A stretch of DNA of 64,000 bases from an uncultured Rhodocyclaceae bacterium (GTDB lineage: Bacteria > Pseudomonadota > Gammaproteobacteria > Burkholderiales > Rhodocyclaceae): assembly GCA_964487715.1 (NCBI GenBank), contig CAZASE010000011.1, positions 313 through 64,312 on the forward strand, read 5' to 3'. The notes below the pieces were generated by a model that saw only the letters and a list, made by a program, of their open reading frames with translations, had not been told where the DNA came from and did no database searches. The first letter of the stretch is position 1; every line of letters begins with the position of its first letter. A program made the translations under genes and the position numbers. Positions 38,842 to 50,456 of this stretch are shown in pieces.

Positions 38842-39050
38842 TTCGCCCGTCGCCGCGGTAATGATCACCGCTTCGAGCCGGGCGCGTGCCACCGTTCCAA
38901 TGTCTGCACCGACACCCCAATCTCTTTTTCGCCAGCGCCCTGATATTCGCGCTCTCCGGCGGCAACAACCGCGCCACCACTCTGTTCCTGAATGCGTCGC
39001 CGTACCGTGCCGTCGTTCTTCCTTATCGCCCCACCGGATTAGCCACAATG
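38842..39050 (-). mobile_element. IS3-family transposase OrfA 5' remnant
   Basis: ARYGDAFRNRVVARLLPPESA / EIGVSVQTLERW / ARLEAVIITAA across a frameshift and a deletion; resembles recalled betaproteobacterial IS3 OrfA N-termini. Confidence 0.7.
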
Positions 39051-39081
39051 TTCAGCAGACGATCGAAGTTCCCACCGGCAC

Positions 39082-39204
39082 CGTCATTCCGGGGCCGCCC
39101 GCCAGAGCTTGCCCCGGACTTGATCCGGGGGCGGAACCCGGAATCCAGGGTTTTTTTGAGGCCGCTTTGGATTCCGGGTCGCGCTTCGCTTGCCCGGAAT
39201 GACG
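39082..39204. repeat. Composite CGTC-type palindromic repeat
   Basis: CGTCATTCCGGG...CCCGGAATGACG outer arms, GGAATCCA/TGGATTCC inner arms, nested CCCCGGACTTGATCCGGGG hairpin. Confidence 0.85.
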
Positions 39205-39334
39205 AAGCTGAGGTTTGTAGCTAATCAGGTCGTCCCAAGTTCAAGATCATATCGGGGCGACAACTATTCTGACGCGGGGGGAGTTAGCAAAATGCCATGC
39301 CAATGGCAACAGTCCGCCGCGGCGGCGAGGGTCT

Positions 39335-40132
39335 TCAGGCCTTCAGCTTGGCACTGAGGTGCGGCGCAATGAGCTGCAGCAGCTGCGCGAAGACTTTCGG
39401 ATTGCCGCCGACGATGTTGCCGGTGTTCAGGTAGTCGGCCTCGCCGGTGAGATCGCCGACAAGACCGCCGGCCTCGGCGATGAGCAGGGCGCCCGCCGCC
39501 ATGTCCCACGGCGCCAGGCCGAGCTCCCAGAAACCATCGAGGCGGCCGGCGGCGACCCAGGCGAGGTCGAGCGCCGCGGCGCCGGGACGGCGTACGCCGG
39601 CGGTCTTGTGCATGAAGTCGCGCAGCATGCCCATATAGGCGCCGACGTGTTCGAAGTAGCGGAAGGGAAAGCCGGTGCCGACGAGGACCTCATTGAGTTT
39701 GGTGCGCCGGGATACGCGAATGCGCCGGTCGTTGAGGAAGGCGCCGCCGCCTTTGGTGGCGGTGAATAGCTCGTTCCTGTTCGGATCGTAGACCACCGCA
39801 TGGGTGAGGACGCCCTTATGGGCAAGCGCGATCGACACGCAATACTGCGGCAGGCCGTGGATGAAGTTGGTGGTGCCGTCGAGCGGATCGATGATCCAGA
39901 GGTACTCGGAGTCGCCGGAAGCGCCGGATTCCTCTGCTAGAATCGCATGGTCCGGATACGCCTCCCTGAGCACGCCGATGATCGCCTGTTCGGCGGCCTT
40001 GTCGACTTCGGTGACGAAGTCCTTGTCGCGCTTGGCGCTCACCTTGATCTGATCGACGTCGCGCGCCGCGCGGTTGATGATGCCGCCGGCGCGGCGCGCT
40101 GCCTTGATGGCGAAGCTGAGTGTCGGGTTCAT
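39335..40132 (-). CDS. suhB: Inositol monophosphatase family protein
   Basis: [25 protein letters not shown]; divergent from trmJ. Confidence 0.93.
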   Translation of the reverse strand: MNPTLSFAIKAARRAGGIINRAARDVDQIKVSAKRDKDFVTEVDKAAEQAIIGVLREAYPDHAILAEESGASGDSEYLWIIDPLDGTTNFIHGLPQYCVSIALAHKGVLTHAVVYDPNRNELFTATKGGGAFLNDRRIRVSRRTKLNEVLVGTGFPFRYFEHVGAYMGMLRDFMHKTAGVRRPGAAALDLAWVAAGRLDGFWELGLAPWDMAAGALLIAEAGGLVGDLTGEADYLNTGNIVGGNPKVFAQLLQLIAPHLSAKLKA

Positions 40133-40213
40133 GCGGTTCCGGTCTTTGAATGAGCGTGCCGGCGGCGCAGGCCGGCGGCGAAGAAGGCGGCATTTTAACT
40201 GAACTGAAGGCCC

Positions 40214-40933
40214 GTGCTCGACCGCATCCGCATCGTCCTCTCCCATACCAGCCATCCGGGCAACATCGGCGCGGCCGCGCGCGCCATGAAGACCATGGGG
40301 TTGTCCCGCTTGTACCTGGTGAATCCCTGCGCCGATCCCGATGGCGTAGGGCGGGCGCGCTCCTCGAATGCGCGCGACGTGCTGGACGGTGCCGTGGTGT
40401 GCATGTCGCTCGATGAGGCGCTGGCCGGCACGGTGTTCGCCGCGGCGATGACGGCGCGGAGCCGCGAGATGGCGCCGCCGCCGCTGTGGGCGCGCGAAGC
40501 CGCGCCGCAGATCGTCGGCGCCGCCGCGCACGGGCCGGTGGCGCTGGTGTTCGGAAACGAGACTGCGGGGCTCTCCAACGATGAGGTGGCGCTGTGCCGC
40601 CTGCCGGTGATGATCCCCACCCATCCCGGCTACTCCTCCCTCAACCTCGGCGCCGCCGTGCAGGTCATCTGCTACGAGCTGCGCATGGCGGCCATCGTGC
40701 CGGGCGCGGCGCCGGCGCCGGAGAACCGGCCCGCCAGCTTCGACGAGATCCGCAACTTCTATGCACACCTCGAAGCCGCCGTCACGCAGAGCGGCTTCCT
40801 CAACCCGGCGCATCCCAAGCGGCTGCTGCCGCGCCTGCATCGCCTGTTCGATCGCGTCCGCCTGGAAGAGGATGAAGTCAGTCTGTTGCGCGGAATGCTC
40901 AAGACCTTCATGCGGCCAGGCGACAAAAGTTGA
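40214..40933 (+). CDS. trmJ: tRNA (cytidine/uridine-2'-O)-methyltransferase
   Basis: [39 protein letters not shown]. Confidence 0.9.
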   Translation: MLDRIRIVLSHTSHPGNIGAAARAMKTMGLSRLYLVNPCADPDGVGRARSSNARDVLDGAVVCMSLDEALAGTVFAAAMTARSREMAPPPLWAREAAPQIVGAAAHGPVALVFGNETAGLSNDEVALCRLPVMIPTHPGYSSLNLGAAVQVICYELRMAAIVPGAAPAPENRPASFDEIRNFYAHLEAAVTQSGFLNPAHPKRLLPRLHRLFDRVRLEEDEVSLLRGMLKTFMRPGDKS

Positions 40934-40958
40934 CTAAAAACGAGGGGTTTTTTAATAT
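40926..40958 (+). promoter_or_regulatory. sigma70 promoter of cysE overlapping an IscR type-1-like site
   Basis: TTGACT-N17-TAATAT; AAAGTTGACTAAAAACGAGGGGTTT resembles the sites upstream of iscR. Confidence 0.6.
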
Positions 40959-40985
40959 CTGAGCACTTCCTTATGGAGTTGCACG

Positions 40986-41738
40986 ATGTTCCGTCGCCTG
41001 CGCGAAGATATCGCCAGCGTTTTTGCCCGCGATCCCGCCGCCCGCAACACCTGGGAGGTTCTGACCTGCTATCCGGGCCTGCATGCACTTGTTTTGCATA
41101 GGATTGCGCACCGGCTTTGGGGGGTTGGCCTGAAATGGCTGGCGCGCCTGCTCTCGCACTTCAGTCGCTGGATAACCGGCATCGAGATCCATCCCGGCGC
41201 GACCATCGGCCGGCGCTTCTTCATCGACCACGGCATGGGCGTGGTGATCGGCGAAACCGCCGAGATCGGCGATGACTGCACGCTCTACCACGGCGTGACG
41301 CTCGGCGGTACCTCGTGGAACGCCGGGAAACGCCACCCGACGCTGCGCAACGGCGCGATGATCAGCGCCGGCGCCAAGCTGCTTGGACCCATCGTCATCG
41401 GCGAGGGCGCGAAGATCGGTTCAAACGCGGTCGTCGTCAAGGATGTGCCGGCCGGCGCCACAGCCGTTGGCATCCCGGCACGGATCATTGAGAAGAAAAG
41501 CGACATCGACCGGGAGATCAAGGCCGGCCAGATGGGATTTTCCGCCTATGCCGTAACGCGCAACGAGGATGATCCGCTGGCCAAGGCGATCCATGGCCTG
41601 CTCGACCATGCGGTGGAAACCGATCGTCGCCTGGAGATGCTGCTGAAATGCCTGGAACGCTCCGGCGTATGCCAGGCGGACGAGTTGGCCACCGCGGACA
41701 AGTTCGATCCGAATTACTTGAGCAAAATAGTTGACTGA
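40986..41738 (+). CDS. cysE: Serine O-acetyltransferase
   Basis: [33 protein letters not shown]. Confidence 0.95.
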   Translation: MFRRLREDIASVFARDPAARNTWEVLTCYPGLHALVLHRIAHRLWGVGLKWLARLLSHFSRWITGIEIHPGATIGRRFFIDHGMGVVIGETAEIGDDCTLYHGVTLGGTSWNAGKRHPTLRNGAMISAGAKLLGPIVIGEGAKIGSNAVVVKDVPAGATAVGIPARIIEKKSDIDREIKAGQMGFSAYAVTRNEDDPLAKAIHGLLDHAVETDRRLEMLLKCLERSGVCQADELATADKFDPNYLSKIVD

Positions 41739-41779
41739 ACTAATCGGGTTTTGTATAGTCGATAAAAATGATCAAGTAT
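41727..41779 (+). promoter_or_regulatory. Tandem IscR type-1 operator sites
   Basis: ATAGTTGACTGAACTAATCGGGTTT (41727-41751) and ATAGTCGATAAAAATGATCAAGTAT (41755-41779) resemble the IscR type-1 25-bp motif; upstream of iscR. Confidence 0.75.
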
Positions 41780-41876
41780 TAGGCGCCACCGGGCGCCTCC
41801 CTGGCTTCGGCCGCTTCGTGCGATCCGCCTGGCGGTTCGCGCGGTACCGAAGCCGTGTTTTGGAGAGGATGCAACC

Positions 41877-42359
41877 ATGAGATTGACGACTAAAGGCCGC
41901 TTCGCAGTGACGGCAATGATCGACCTGGCCCAGCGCGAGGCCAATGGTCCGGTGACCCTGGCCGGGATCAGCGAGCGGCAGAAGATTTCCCTGTCGTACC
42001 TGGAACAGCTTTTCGGCAAGCTGCGCCGGCACAAGATCGTCGGCAGCGTGCGCGGACCCGGCGGCGGCTACCGCCTTGCGCGCGGCATGAACGAGGTCAC
42101 GGTGGCGGACATTATTTCGGCCGTGGACGAGCCGCTCGATGCCACCAATTGCGGCGGGCGCGAGAACTGCGCCGACGAACAGCGCTGCATGACCCACGAT
42201 CTGTGGACCAACCTGAACAAGCGCATGCACGAATACCTGGCCTCGGTTTCCCTGTATGACCTGGTCACCCAGCCGAAGGCCAAGGCGATCGGTGCCACCA
42301 TTGCGGTGGACGACCGCCTGCGCGGCAACCGGCGCGACAACCTGGCGGTGTCTGCCTGA
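41877..42359 (+). CDS. iscR: Fe-S cluster assembly transcriptional regulator
   Basis: MRLTTKGRFAVTAM, SYLEQLF, RGPGGGY, three Cys plus THDLW. Confidence 0.96.
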   Translation: MRLTTKGRFAVTAMIDLAQREANGPVTLAGISERQKISLSYLEQLFGKLRRHKIVGSVRGPGGGYRLARGMNEVTVADIISAVDEPLDATNCGGRENCADEQRCMTHDLWTNLNKRMHEYLASVSLYDLVTQPKAKAIGATIAVDDRLRGNRRDNLAVSA

Positions 42360-42399
42360 AATGGACCCCTCGCGCGGCCGGACGGGCACTGATGTTTCG

Positions 42400-43557
42400 A
42401 TGTTCGCCCCGGCCTATCTCGACCATAACGCCACGACGCCGCTCGACCCGGACGTGCTGGAGGCGATGCTGCCGTTCCTCGCGGAGCGCCACGGCAATCC
42501 GTCCAGCCGCCACGAGTACGGCCGCGCGGCGCGCGCTGCCATCGACACGGCGCGGCAGCAGGTGGCGGAGGCGGTGGGGGCGCACCCGACCGAGGTGGTG
42601 TTCACCAGCGGCGGTTCGGAGGCCAACAACCTGTTCATCAAGGGCGCGGCAGCCTGCCTGAAGCCCGGCACCATCGCCGTCTCGGCCATCGAGCACCCCT
42701 GTGTGCGCGAGCCGGCGAACGAGCTGAAGCGCCTCGGCTGGAACCTGCACGAAATCGCCGTGGATGCCGAGGGCCGTGTCGCGGAGACTGACTTTTCCGC
42801 AGCGCTGGCGAAGAAGCCGGCCCTGGTGTCGGTGATGCTGGCCAACAATGAGACCGGCGTGCTGCAGGGCATTCCTTCGCTGGCGGCGCAGGCCAGGGCC
42901 GCCCGGGCGTGGTTCCACACCGACGCTGTGCAGGCGCTGGGCAAGGTGGCAATCGACTTCCGCGCCCTGAACGCCGCCGGAGTGAACGCGCTGACGGTGT
43001 CGGCGCACAAGATCTACGGTCCGAAGGGCGCCGCGGCGCTGGTGGTGGACAAGCGCATCGAGGTGAAGCCGCTGGTTTCCGGCGGCGGCCAGGAGCGCAA
43101 CCTGCGCTCGGGCACCGAGAACGTTGCGGCCATCGTCGGCTTCGGCGTGGCCTGCAAACTGGCTGTGGCGCGGCTGGAAGCGGATGCGGCGCGGCTGACC
43201 GCGCTGCGCGGCACGCTGGAGCAGGGGCTGGCGGCAAGCGGCGCGACGGTCTTCAGCCGCAACGCGCCGCGCCTGCCGAATACGGTTTTTTTTGCGCTCG
43301 CCGGCATCGACGGCGAAACCCTGGTGGCGCAACTGGATCGCGCCGGCTTCGCGGTGGCGAGCGGCTCGGCCTGTTCGAGCGTCTCGCCGGAGCCTTCGCA
43401 TACGCTGCTGGCGATGGGCGTCGAGGCAGGCATGGCGAAGAGCGCGCTGCGTGTCTCGCTTGGCCGCACCAATTCGGAAGAAGACGTCGCGCGCTTTTTG
43501 CAGGTGCTCGACGAAACGGTTCGCAAACTGAAAGGGCTGGCCGCGGTGGCCGCCTGA
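42400..43557 (+). CDS. Cysteine desulfurase paralog (alternative start 42361)
   Basis: YLDHNATTP, SAHKIYGPKG, ASGSACS. Confidence 0.9.
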   Translation: MFAPAYLDHNATTPLDPDVLEAMLPFLAERHGNPSSRHEYGRAARAAIDTARQQVAEAVGAHPTEVVFTSGGSEANNLFIKGAAACLKPGTIAVSAIEHPCVREPANELKRLGWNLHEIAVDAEGRVAETDFSAALAKKPALVSVMLANNETGVLQGIPSLAAQARAARAWFHTDAVQALGKVAIDFRALNAAGVNALTVSAHKIYGPKGAAALVVDKRIEVKPLVSGGGQERNLRSGTENVAAIVGFGVACKLAVARLEADAARLTALRGTLEQGLAASGATVFSRNAPRLPNTVFFALAGIDGETLVAQLDRAGFAVASGSACSSVSPEPSHTLLAMGVEAGMAKSALRVSLGRTNSEEDVARFLQVLDETVRKLKGLAAVAA

Positions 43558-43575
43558 AGCACTGGAGAAACTAGC

Positions 43576-44787
43576 ATGCTGAAATTTCCCATCTACCTCG
43601 ACTACTCGGCGACGACCCCGGTCGATCCGCGCGTGGCCGAGCAGATGATTCCCTGGCTGGTCGAGAAGTTCGGCAACCCGGCCTCGCGCTCCCACGCCTA
43701 CGGCTGGGAGGCGGAAAAGGCCGTCGAGGAGGCGCGCGAAAACGTCGCCGCGCTGGTCGGCGCCGATCCGAAGGAAATCGTGTGGACCTCGGGTGCGACC
43801 GAATCGAACAACCTCGCCATCAAGGGCGCGGCCTTCTTCTACCAGGGCAAGGGCAAGCACCTGATCACGGTGAAGACCGAGCACAAGGCGGTGCTCGACA
43901 CCATGCGCGAGCTGGAGCGCCACGGTTTCGAGGTGAGCTACCTCGATCCGCTGGAGAACGGCCTGGTCGACCTGGAACAGTTCCAGGCGGCGCTGCGCCC
44001 CGACACCATCCTCGCCTCGGTGATGTTCGTGAACAACGAGATCGGCGTCATCCAGCCGATCGAGCAGATGGGCGAGATCTGCCGTGCCAAAGGCGTCCTC
44101 CTCCACGTCGATGCCGCCCAGGCCACCGGCAAGGTGGCGATCGACCTGTCGAAGCTGAAGGTCGACCTGATGTCCTTCTCGGCGCACAAGACCTACGGCC
44201 CGAAGGGCATCGGCGCCCTCTACGTGCGCAGGAAGCCGCGCATCCGCCTGGAAGCGCAGATGCACGGCGGCGGCCACGAGCGCGGCCTGCGCTCCGGCAC
44301 ACTGGCGACGCACCAGATCGTCGGCATGGGCGAGGCCTTCCGCTTCGCGCGCGAGGAAATGGCTGCCGAGAACGAGCGCATCCGCATGCTGCGCGACCGC
44401 CTCTGGAAGGGCCTCTCCGACATCGAGCAGGTCTTCCTCAACGGCGACCTCGAGAGTCGCGTGCCGCACAACCTCAACGTCAGCTTCGCCTTCGTCGAGG
44501 GCGAGTCGCTGATGATGGCGATCAAGGACGTCGCGGTGTCCTCCGGCTCGGCCTGCACCTCGGCCAGCCTGGAGCCGTCCTACGTGCTGCGCGCGCTCGG
44601 CCGCCAGGACGAGCTGGCGCACAGCTCGATCCGCTTCACCATCGGCCGCTTCACGACGGTCGAGGAAATCGACTACACCATCCAGCTCCTGCACCGGCAG
44701 ATCGGCAAGCTGCGCGAGATGTCGCCGCTGTGGGACATGTACAAGGAAGGCATCGACCTGAACACCGTCCAGTGGGCGGCGCACTGA
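43576..44787 (+). CDS. iscS: Cysteine desulfurase IscS
   Basis: [35 protein letters not shown]. Confidence 0.97.
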   Translation: MLKFPIYLDYSATTPVDPRVAEQMIPWLVEKFGNPASRSHAYGWEAEKAVEEARENVAALVGADPKEIVWTSGATESNNLAIKGAAFFYQGKGKHLITVKTEHKAVLDTMRELERHGFEVSYLDPLENGLVDLEQFQAALRPDTILASVMFVNNEIGVIQPIEQMGEICRAKGVLLHVDAAQATGKVAIDLSKLKVDLMSFSAHKTYGPKGIGALYVRRKPRIRLEAQMHGGGHERGLRSGTLATHQIVGMGEAFRFAREEMAAENERIRMLRDRLWKGLSDIEQVFLNGDLESRVPHNLNVSFAFVEGESLMMAIKDVAVSSGSACTSASLEPSYVLRALGRQDELAHSSIRFTIGRFTTVEEIDYTIQLLHRQIGKLREMSPLWDMYKEGIDLNTVQWAAH

Positions 44788-44808
44788 GTTTTTGAAGGAG
44801 CAGCGAAA

Positions 44809-45192
44809 ATGTCCTACAGCGAAAAGGTACTCGACCACTACGAACATCCGCGCAACGTCGGCGCCTTCGACAAGGAAGAAGACGGCGTCGGCACCGGCAT
44901 GGTCGGCGCGCCGGCCTGCGGCGACGTGATGAAGCTGCAGATCAAGGTGAACAAGGAGGGCGTCATCGAGGACGCCAAGTTCAAGACCTACGGCTGCGGT
45001 TCGGCGATTGCCTCCAGCTCGCTCGTCACCGAATGGGTGAAGGGCAAGACGGTGGACCAGGCCATGGAAATCAAGAACACGCAGATCGCCGAGGAGTTGG
45101 CCCTGCCTCCGGTTAAAATCCACTGTTCGATCCTGGCCGAGGACGCCATCAAGGCGGCCGTGGCCGACTACAAGAAAAAGCATGACGCTTGA
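44809..45192 (+). CDS. iscU: Fe-S scaffold protein
   Basis: APACGD, YGCGSA, LPPVKIHCS. Confidence 0.98.
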   Translation: MSYSEKVLDHYEHPRNVGAFDKEEDGVGTGMVGAPACGDVMKLQIKVNKEGVIEDAKFKTYGCGSAIASSSLVTEWVKGKTVDQAMEIKNTQIAEELALPPVKIHCSILAEDAIKAAVADYKKKHDA

Positions 45193-45201
45193 GGTGAGAC
45201 C

Positions 45202-45525
45202 ATGACGGTTACTCTGACGGAACGGGCGGCCAGGCATGTCGCCAACTTCATTGCCAAGCGCGGCAAAGGCTTTGGCGTGCGCATCGGCGTCAAGACCTCG
45301 GGCTGCTCGGGCATGTCCTACAAACTCGAATTCGCCGACGACGCGGCGGCCGGGGACCTGGTTTTCGAGAGCCACGGCGTCAGGGTGCTGGTCGATCCGA
45401 AGAGCCTGCCCTACATCGACGGCACCGAACTCGACTACGCGCGCGAGGGCCTCAACGAGGGGTTCAAGTTCAACAATCCCAACGTCAAGGACCAGTGCGG
45501 CTGCGGGGAAAGCTTCAACGTCTGA
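45202..45525 (+). CDS. iscA: Fe-S assembly protein
   Basis: GCSG, CGCGESF. Confidence 0.97.
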   Translation: MTVTLTERAARHVANFIAKRGKGFGVRIGVKTSGCSGMSYKLEFADDAAAGDLVFESHGVRVLVDPKSLPYIDGTELDYAREGLNEGFKFNNPNVKDQCGCGESFNV

Positions 45526-45538
45526 CGCCCGGCCGCCG

Positions 45539-46075
45539 ATGATCCCGGATTTCAGACAGGACTACTTTGCGCTTTTCGGCCTGAAGCGCGCCTACCGCAT
45601 CGACCCGGCGCAGCTCGACCGCGCCTACCACGATGTGCAAGGCAAGGTCCATCCGGATCGCCACGCCCACTTGCCGGAAGCCGAACGTCGCATGTCGATG
45701 CAGTGGGCGACGCAGGTGAACGAGGCTTACCGCACCTTGAAGCAGCCGTTGCAGCGTGCGCACTACCTGTTGCGGCTTGCCGGCGCGGATGCCAACCACG
45801 AGAGCAACACGGCGATGTCGCCGGAGTTCCTCGTCGAGCAGATGGAGTGGCGCGAGGCGGTTGCCGAAGCACGCGCCGCCGGCAACCACCATGAGCTGGA
45901 AAAGCTGGTGCAGCGCCTGGAGCGGGCGAGTAGCGCAGTGCGCGGGGAAATCGAGGCCTGCCTCGACGCGCGGAAGGACTACGTTGCGGCCGCAGATGCG
46001 GTGCGCCGCCTGATGTTCATCGAAAAGCTGGAATACGAAATAGAAGACGCGCTGGAAGCGCTGGAAAACCAATGA
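45539..46075 (+). CDS. hscB: Fe-S co-chaperone
   Basis: DYFALFGL, HPD, NEAY, FLVEQMEWRE. Confidence 0.95.
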   Translation: MIPDFRQDYFALFGLKRAYRIDPAQLDRAYHDVQGKVHPDRHAHLPEAERRMSMQWATQVNEAYRTLKQPLQRAHYLLRLAGADANHESNTAMSPEFLVEQMEWREAVAEARAAGNHHELEKLVQRLERASSAVRGEIEACLDARKDYVAAADAVRRLMFIEKLEYEIEDALEALENQ

Positions 46076-46087
46076 GCGGGCGCAGCC

Positions 46088-46203
46088 CGTCGTCCCCGCG
46101 AAGCTTGCCTCCGCATGTCGTGAGCGGGGAGCGGGGACCCAGCATTTGAATCTGGATTCCCGCTTTCCCCGGATCAAGTCCGAGGATGACAGCGGGAATG
46201 ACG
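46088..46203. repeat. Composite CGTC-type palindromic repeat between hscB and hscA
   Basis: CGTCGTCCCCGCG...GCGGGGACCCAG / CTGGATTCCCGCTT...GCGGGAATGACG with extra hairpins in both loops. Confidence 0.85.
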
Positions 46204-46226
46204 GAGCGGAACCGGAAGCCGACTGA

Positions 46227-48091
<1,865 letters not shown>

Positions 48092-48095
<4 letters not shown>

Positions 48096-48436
48096 CCCAG
48101 ATCATCGTTCTCCCGCATGTCGAACTGTGTCCGGACGGCGCGGTGATCGACGTCGCGCCCGGCACTTCCATCTGCGACGGCCTCTTGAAAAACGGCATTG
48201 AAATCGAGCACGCCTGCGAGAAATCCTGCGCCTGCACCACCTGCCATGTCGTCGTGCGCGAGGGTTTCGACGGTCTGGCCGCGGCCGAGGAGAAGGAGGA
48301 AGACCTGCTCGACAAGGCCTGGGGCCTGGAGCCGAACTCGCGCCTGTCCTGCCAGGCGCTGGCGACGCAGACGCCGCTGGTCGTGGAAATCCCGAAATAC
48401 ACCATCAACATGGTTTCGGAAGGGCACAAGAAATGA
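48092..48436 (+). CDS. fdx: ISC 2Fe-2S ferredoxin
   Basis: [19 protein letters not shown]. Confidence 0.97.
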
Positions 48437-48543
48437 CGACCTTCCCCCCGGCCCCCTTCCCGCGGAAGGGGGTGACGGTTGATCGCTTCGCTCACAAATT
48501 ATTGGCTGCACCTCCTTGGGGCGGCCCGGCGGAGGCGCCATGA
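48433..48543 (+). repeat. Family B palindromic element carrying a 36-codon ATGA-to-ATGA mini-ORF
   Basis: ACGACCTTCCCCCCG..CCCCCTTCCCGCGGAAGGGGGTGA...CCTTGGGGCGGCCC; second copy at 54992-55096; ATGA at both ends. Confidence 0.8.
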
Positions 48544-48734
48544 AGTGGACCGACATCAACGACATCGCCATCGAACTGGCCGATGCCCATCCGGACGTCG
48601 ACCCGATGAAGATAAATTTTGTCGACCTGATGAACTGGGTGAGGGCGCTGCCGGACTTCGACGACGACCCGCATCACTGCGGCGAGAAAATCCTTGAAGC
48701 GATCCAGGCGGCCTGGATTGAGGAAAAGGAATGA
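48540..48734 (+). CDS. iscX: Fe-S assembly protein IscX
   Basis: MKWTD..IAIEL..HPDVDP, EKILEAIQ.AW. Confidence 0.95.
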   Translation: MKWTDINDIAIELADAHPDVDPMKINFVDLMNWVRALPDFDDDPHHCGEKILEAIQAAWIEEKE

Positions 48735-49117
48735 ACCGCGACGAAGGCGGCCTGCAGCGCAACGTGCTCGGCGGTCCGCTCGGCGTCTGCAGCGAGAAGC
48801 CGGTGACCGGTTTCTTCCGCACCGGTTGCTGCGACACCGCCCCGCAGGACGTCGGCCGCCATACCGTCTGCATCGTCGCCAGCGCGGAATTCCTGGCTTT
48901 CTCCAAGGCGCGCGGCAACGACCTGGCGACGCCGATGCCCGAGTACGACTTTCCCGGCGTCAAGCCGGGCCAGCGCTGGTGCCTGTGCGTCGCGCGCTGG
49001 CGCGAGGCCCTGCAGGCGGGCATGGCGCCCCAGGTAGTGCTCAACGCCACCAACGAGGCGACGCTGGACCTCGTTTCGCTCGACGACCTAAAGCGCTTCG
49101 CCGTCGACCTGCACTGA
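48731..49117 (+). CDS. DUF2237 family protein
   Basis: NVLG.PL..C..PVTGFFRTGCC, GNDL.TP, PG.RWCLC..RW. Confidence 0.88.
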   Translation: MNRDEGGLQRNVLGGPLGVCSEKPVTGFFRTGCCDTAPQDVGRHTVCIVASAEFLAFSKARGNDLATPMPEYDFPGVKPGQRWCLCVARWREALQAGMAPQVVLNATNEATLDLVSLDDLKRFAVDLH

Positions 49118-49127
49118 CGGGAATGGC

Positions 49128-49197
49128 CGTCATTCCCGCGAAAGCGGAAGTCCGGCTGCGTTCGGAATTCATGAATTCCCGCTTCCGCGGGAACGAC
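49128..49197. repeat. CGTC-type palindromic repeat (family A) between convergent genes
   Basis: CGTCATTCCCGCGAAAGCGG...TTCCCGCTTCCGCGGGAACGAC. Confidence 0.85.
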
Positions 49198-49199
49198 AA

Positions 49200-50441
49200 C
49201 TAATCCAGCGCGTGCGAGACCAGCCCGTCGGCGAGTTTCGGCTCGAACCAGGTCGACTTCGGCGGCATCACCTCGCCGGCGTCGGCCACCGACATCAGGT
49301 CTTCCATGTCGGTGGCGTGCAGGGCGAAGGCCGCCGCCATCTCGCCGCTGTCCACGCGGCGCTCCAGTTCCTCCAGGCCGCGGATGCCGCCGACGAAGTC
49401 GATGCGCTTGTCGCGGCGCAGATCCTTGATGCCGAGCACCGGGCCGAGCAGGTTGTCCGAGAGCAGGCTGACGTCGAGCCGCGCCACCGGGTCGTCGGTC
49501 GGAATAAGGTGCGGGTGGATGGTCAGGCGGTACCACTGGCCGGGCAGGTAGAGGCTGAACTCGCCGCGCTGCATCGGCCGGTAGCGCGGCGCGCAGATCG
49601 AGACGACGAAGCGCTCGGTCAGCCGCGCCAGGAAGCCCATGGTGCTGAGGCCGTTCAAGTCCTTCACCACGCGGTTGTAGTCCATGATGCGCATCTGCCT
49701 GTGCGGGAAGATCACGGCGAGGAAGTAGTTGTAGTCCTCGTCGCCCGTGTGGTGCGAGTTCTTTGCGTGGCGCGCGGCGGCGACGCGCGAGGCGGCGGCC
49801 GAGCGGTGGTGGCCGTCGGCGATGTAGAGCGCCGGCATGGCGTCAAAGGCCAAAGTCAGCCGCTGCAGCACGGCGGCGTCGCGGATCGCCCAGATCGTGT
49901 GGCGGATACCGTCGTCGGCCGTCACGTCGGCGTCAGGCGCGCCGATGGTCGCCTGCGCCAGGATGGCGTCGACGTCCGGCGCATCGGGGTGGGCCAGCAG
50001 CACCGGCCCGGTCTGAGCGTTGAGCGCCTCGATCTGGCGCACACGGTCGTCTTCCTTGTCCGGTCGCGTGAACTCGTGCTTGCGGATGCGGTTGGTGTCG
50101 TAGTCGGCCACCGAGGCGGCGGCGACAAGGCCGGTCTGCGCGTGCTCGCCCATGACCAGGCGGTAGGCGTAGTAGCAGGGCGCGTCATCCTGCTTCAGCA
50201 CGCCTTCCCGGAGCATGCGGTCGAAGTTCTCGCGCGACTTGGCGTACACCTGCGGCGAGTAGTGGTCGACCTCAGGCGGCAGGTCGATTTCGGCTTTGGA
50301 AATGTGCAGGAAGCTGTTCGGCTTGCCCTGGGCACGCGTGCGCGCCTCGTCGGCGGAAAGGACGTCGTAGGGCGGGGCGGCGATCTCGCCGGCGCGGTCG
50401 GGCGCCGGGCGGATGCCGCGGAAAGGCTTGATGAGCGACAT
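49200..50441 (-). CDS. DUF1015 family protein
   Basis: IKPFRG, APPYDV, IRKHEFT, YIADGHHR, MPPKSTWFEPKL. Confidence 0.9.
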   Translation of the reverse strand: MSLIKPFRGIRPAPDRAGEIAAPPYDVLSADEARTRAQGKPNSFLHISKAEIDLPPEVDHYSPQVYAKSRENFDRMLREGVLKQDDAPCYYAYRLVMGEHAQTGLVAAASVADYDTNRIRKHEFTRPDKEDDRVRQIEALNAQTGPVLLAHPDAPDVDAILAQATIGAPDADVTADDGIRHTIWAIRDAAVLQRLTLAFDAMPALYIADGHHRSAAASRVAAARHAKNSHHTGDEDYNYFLAVIFPHRQMRIMDYNRVVKDLNGLSTMGFLARLTERFVVSICAPRYRPMQRGEFSLYLPGQWYRLTIHPHLIPTDDPVARLDVSLLSDNLLGPVLGIKDLRRDKRIDFVGGIRGLEELERRVDSGEMAAAFALHATDMEDLMSVADAGEVMPPKSTWFEPKLADGLVSHALD

Positions 50442-50456
50442 GTTGCTTTTCTTCGG

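Noticed and set aside
38842-38885. LEAVIITAA read as an SDR N-terminal nucleotide-binding strand
   Set aside because: Upstream sequence fits an IS3 OrfA better and the TGxxxGxG motif is absent
39284-39304. Minus-strand TTGGCATGGCATTTTGC sigma54-like motif
   Set aside because: GG to GC spacing is 11, not 10
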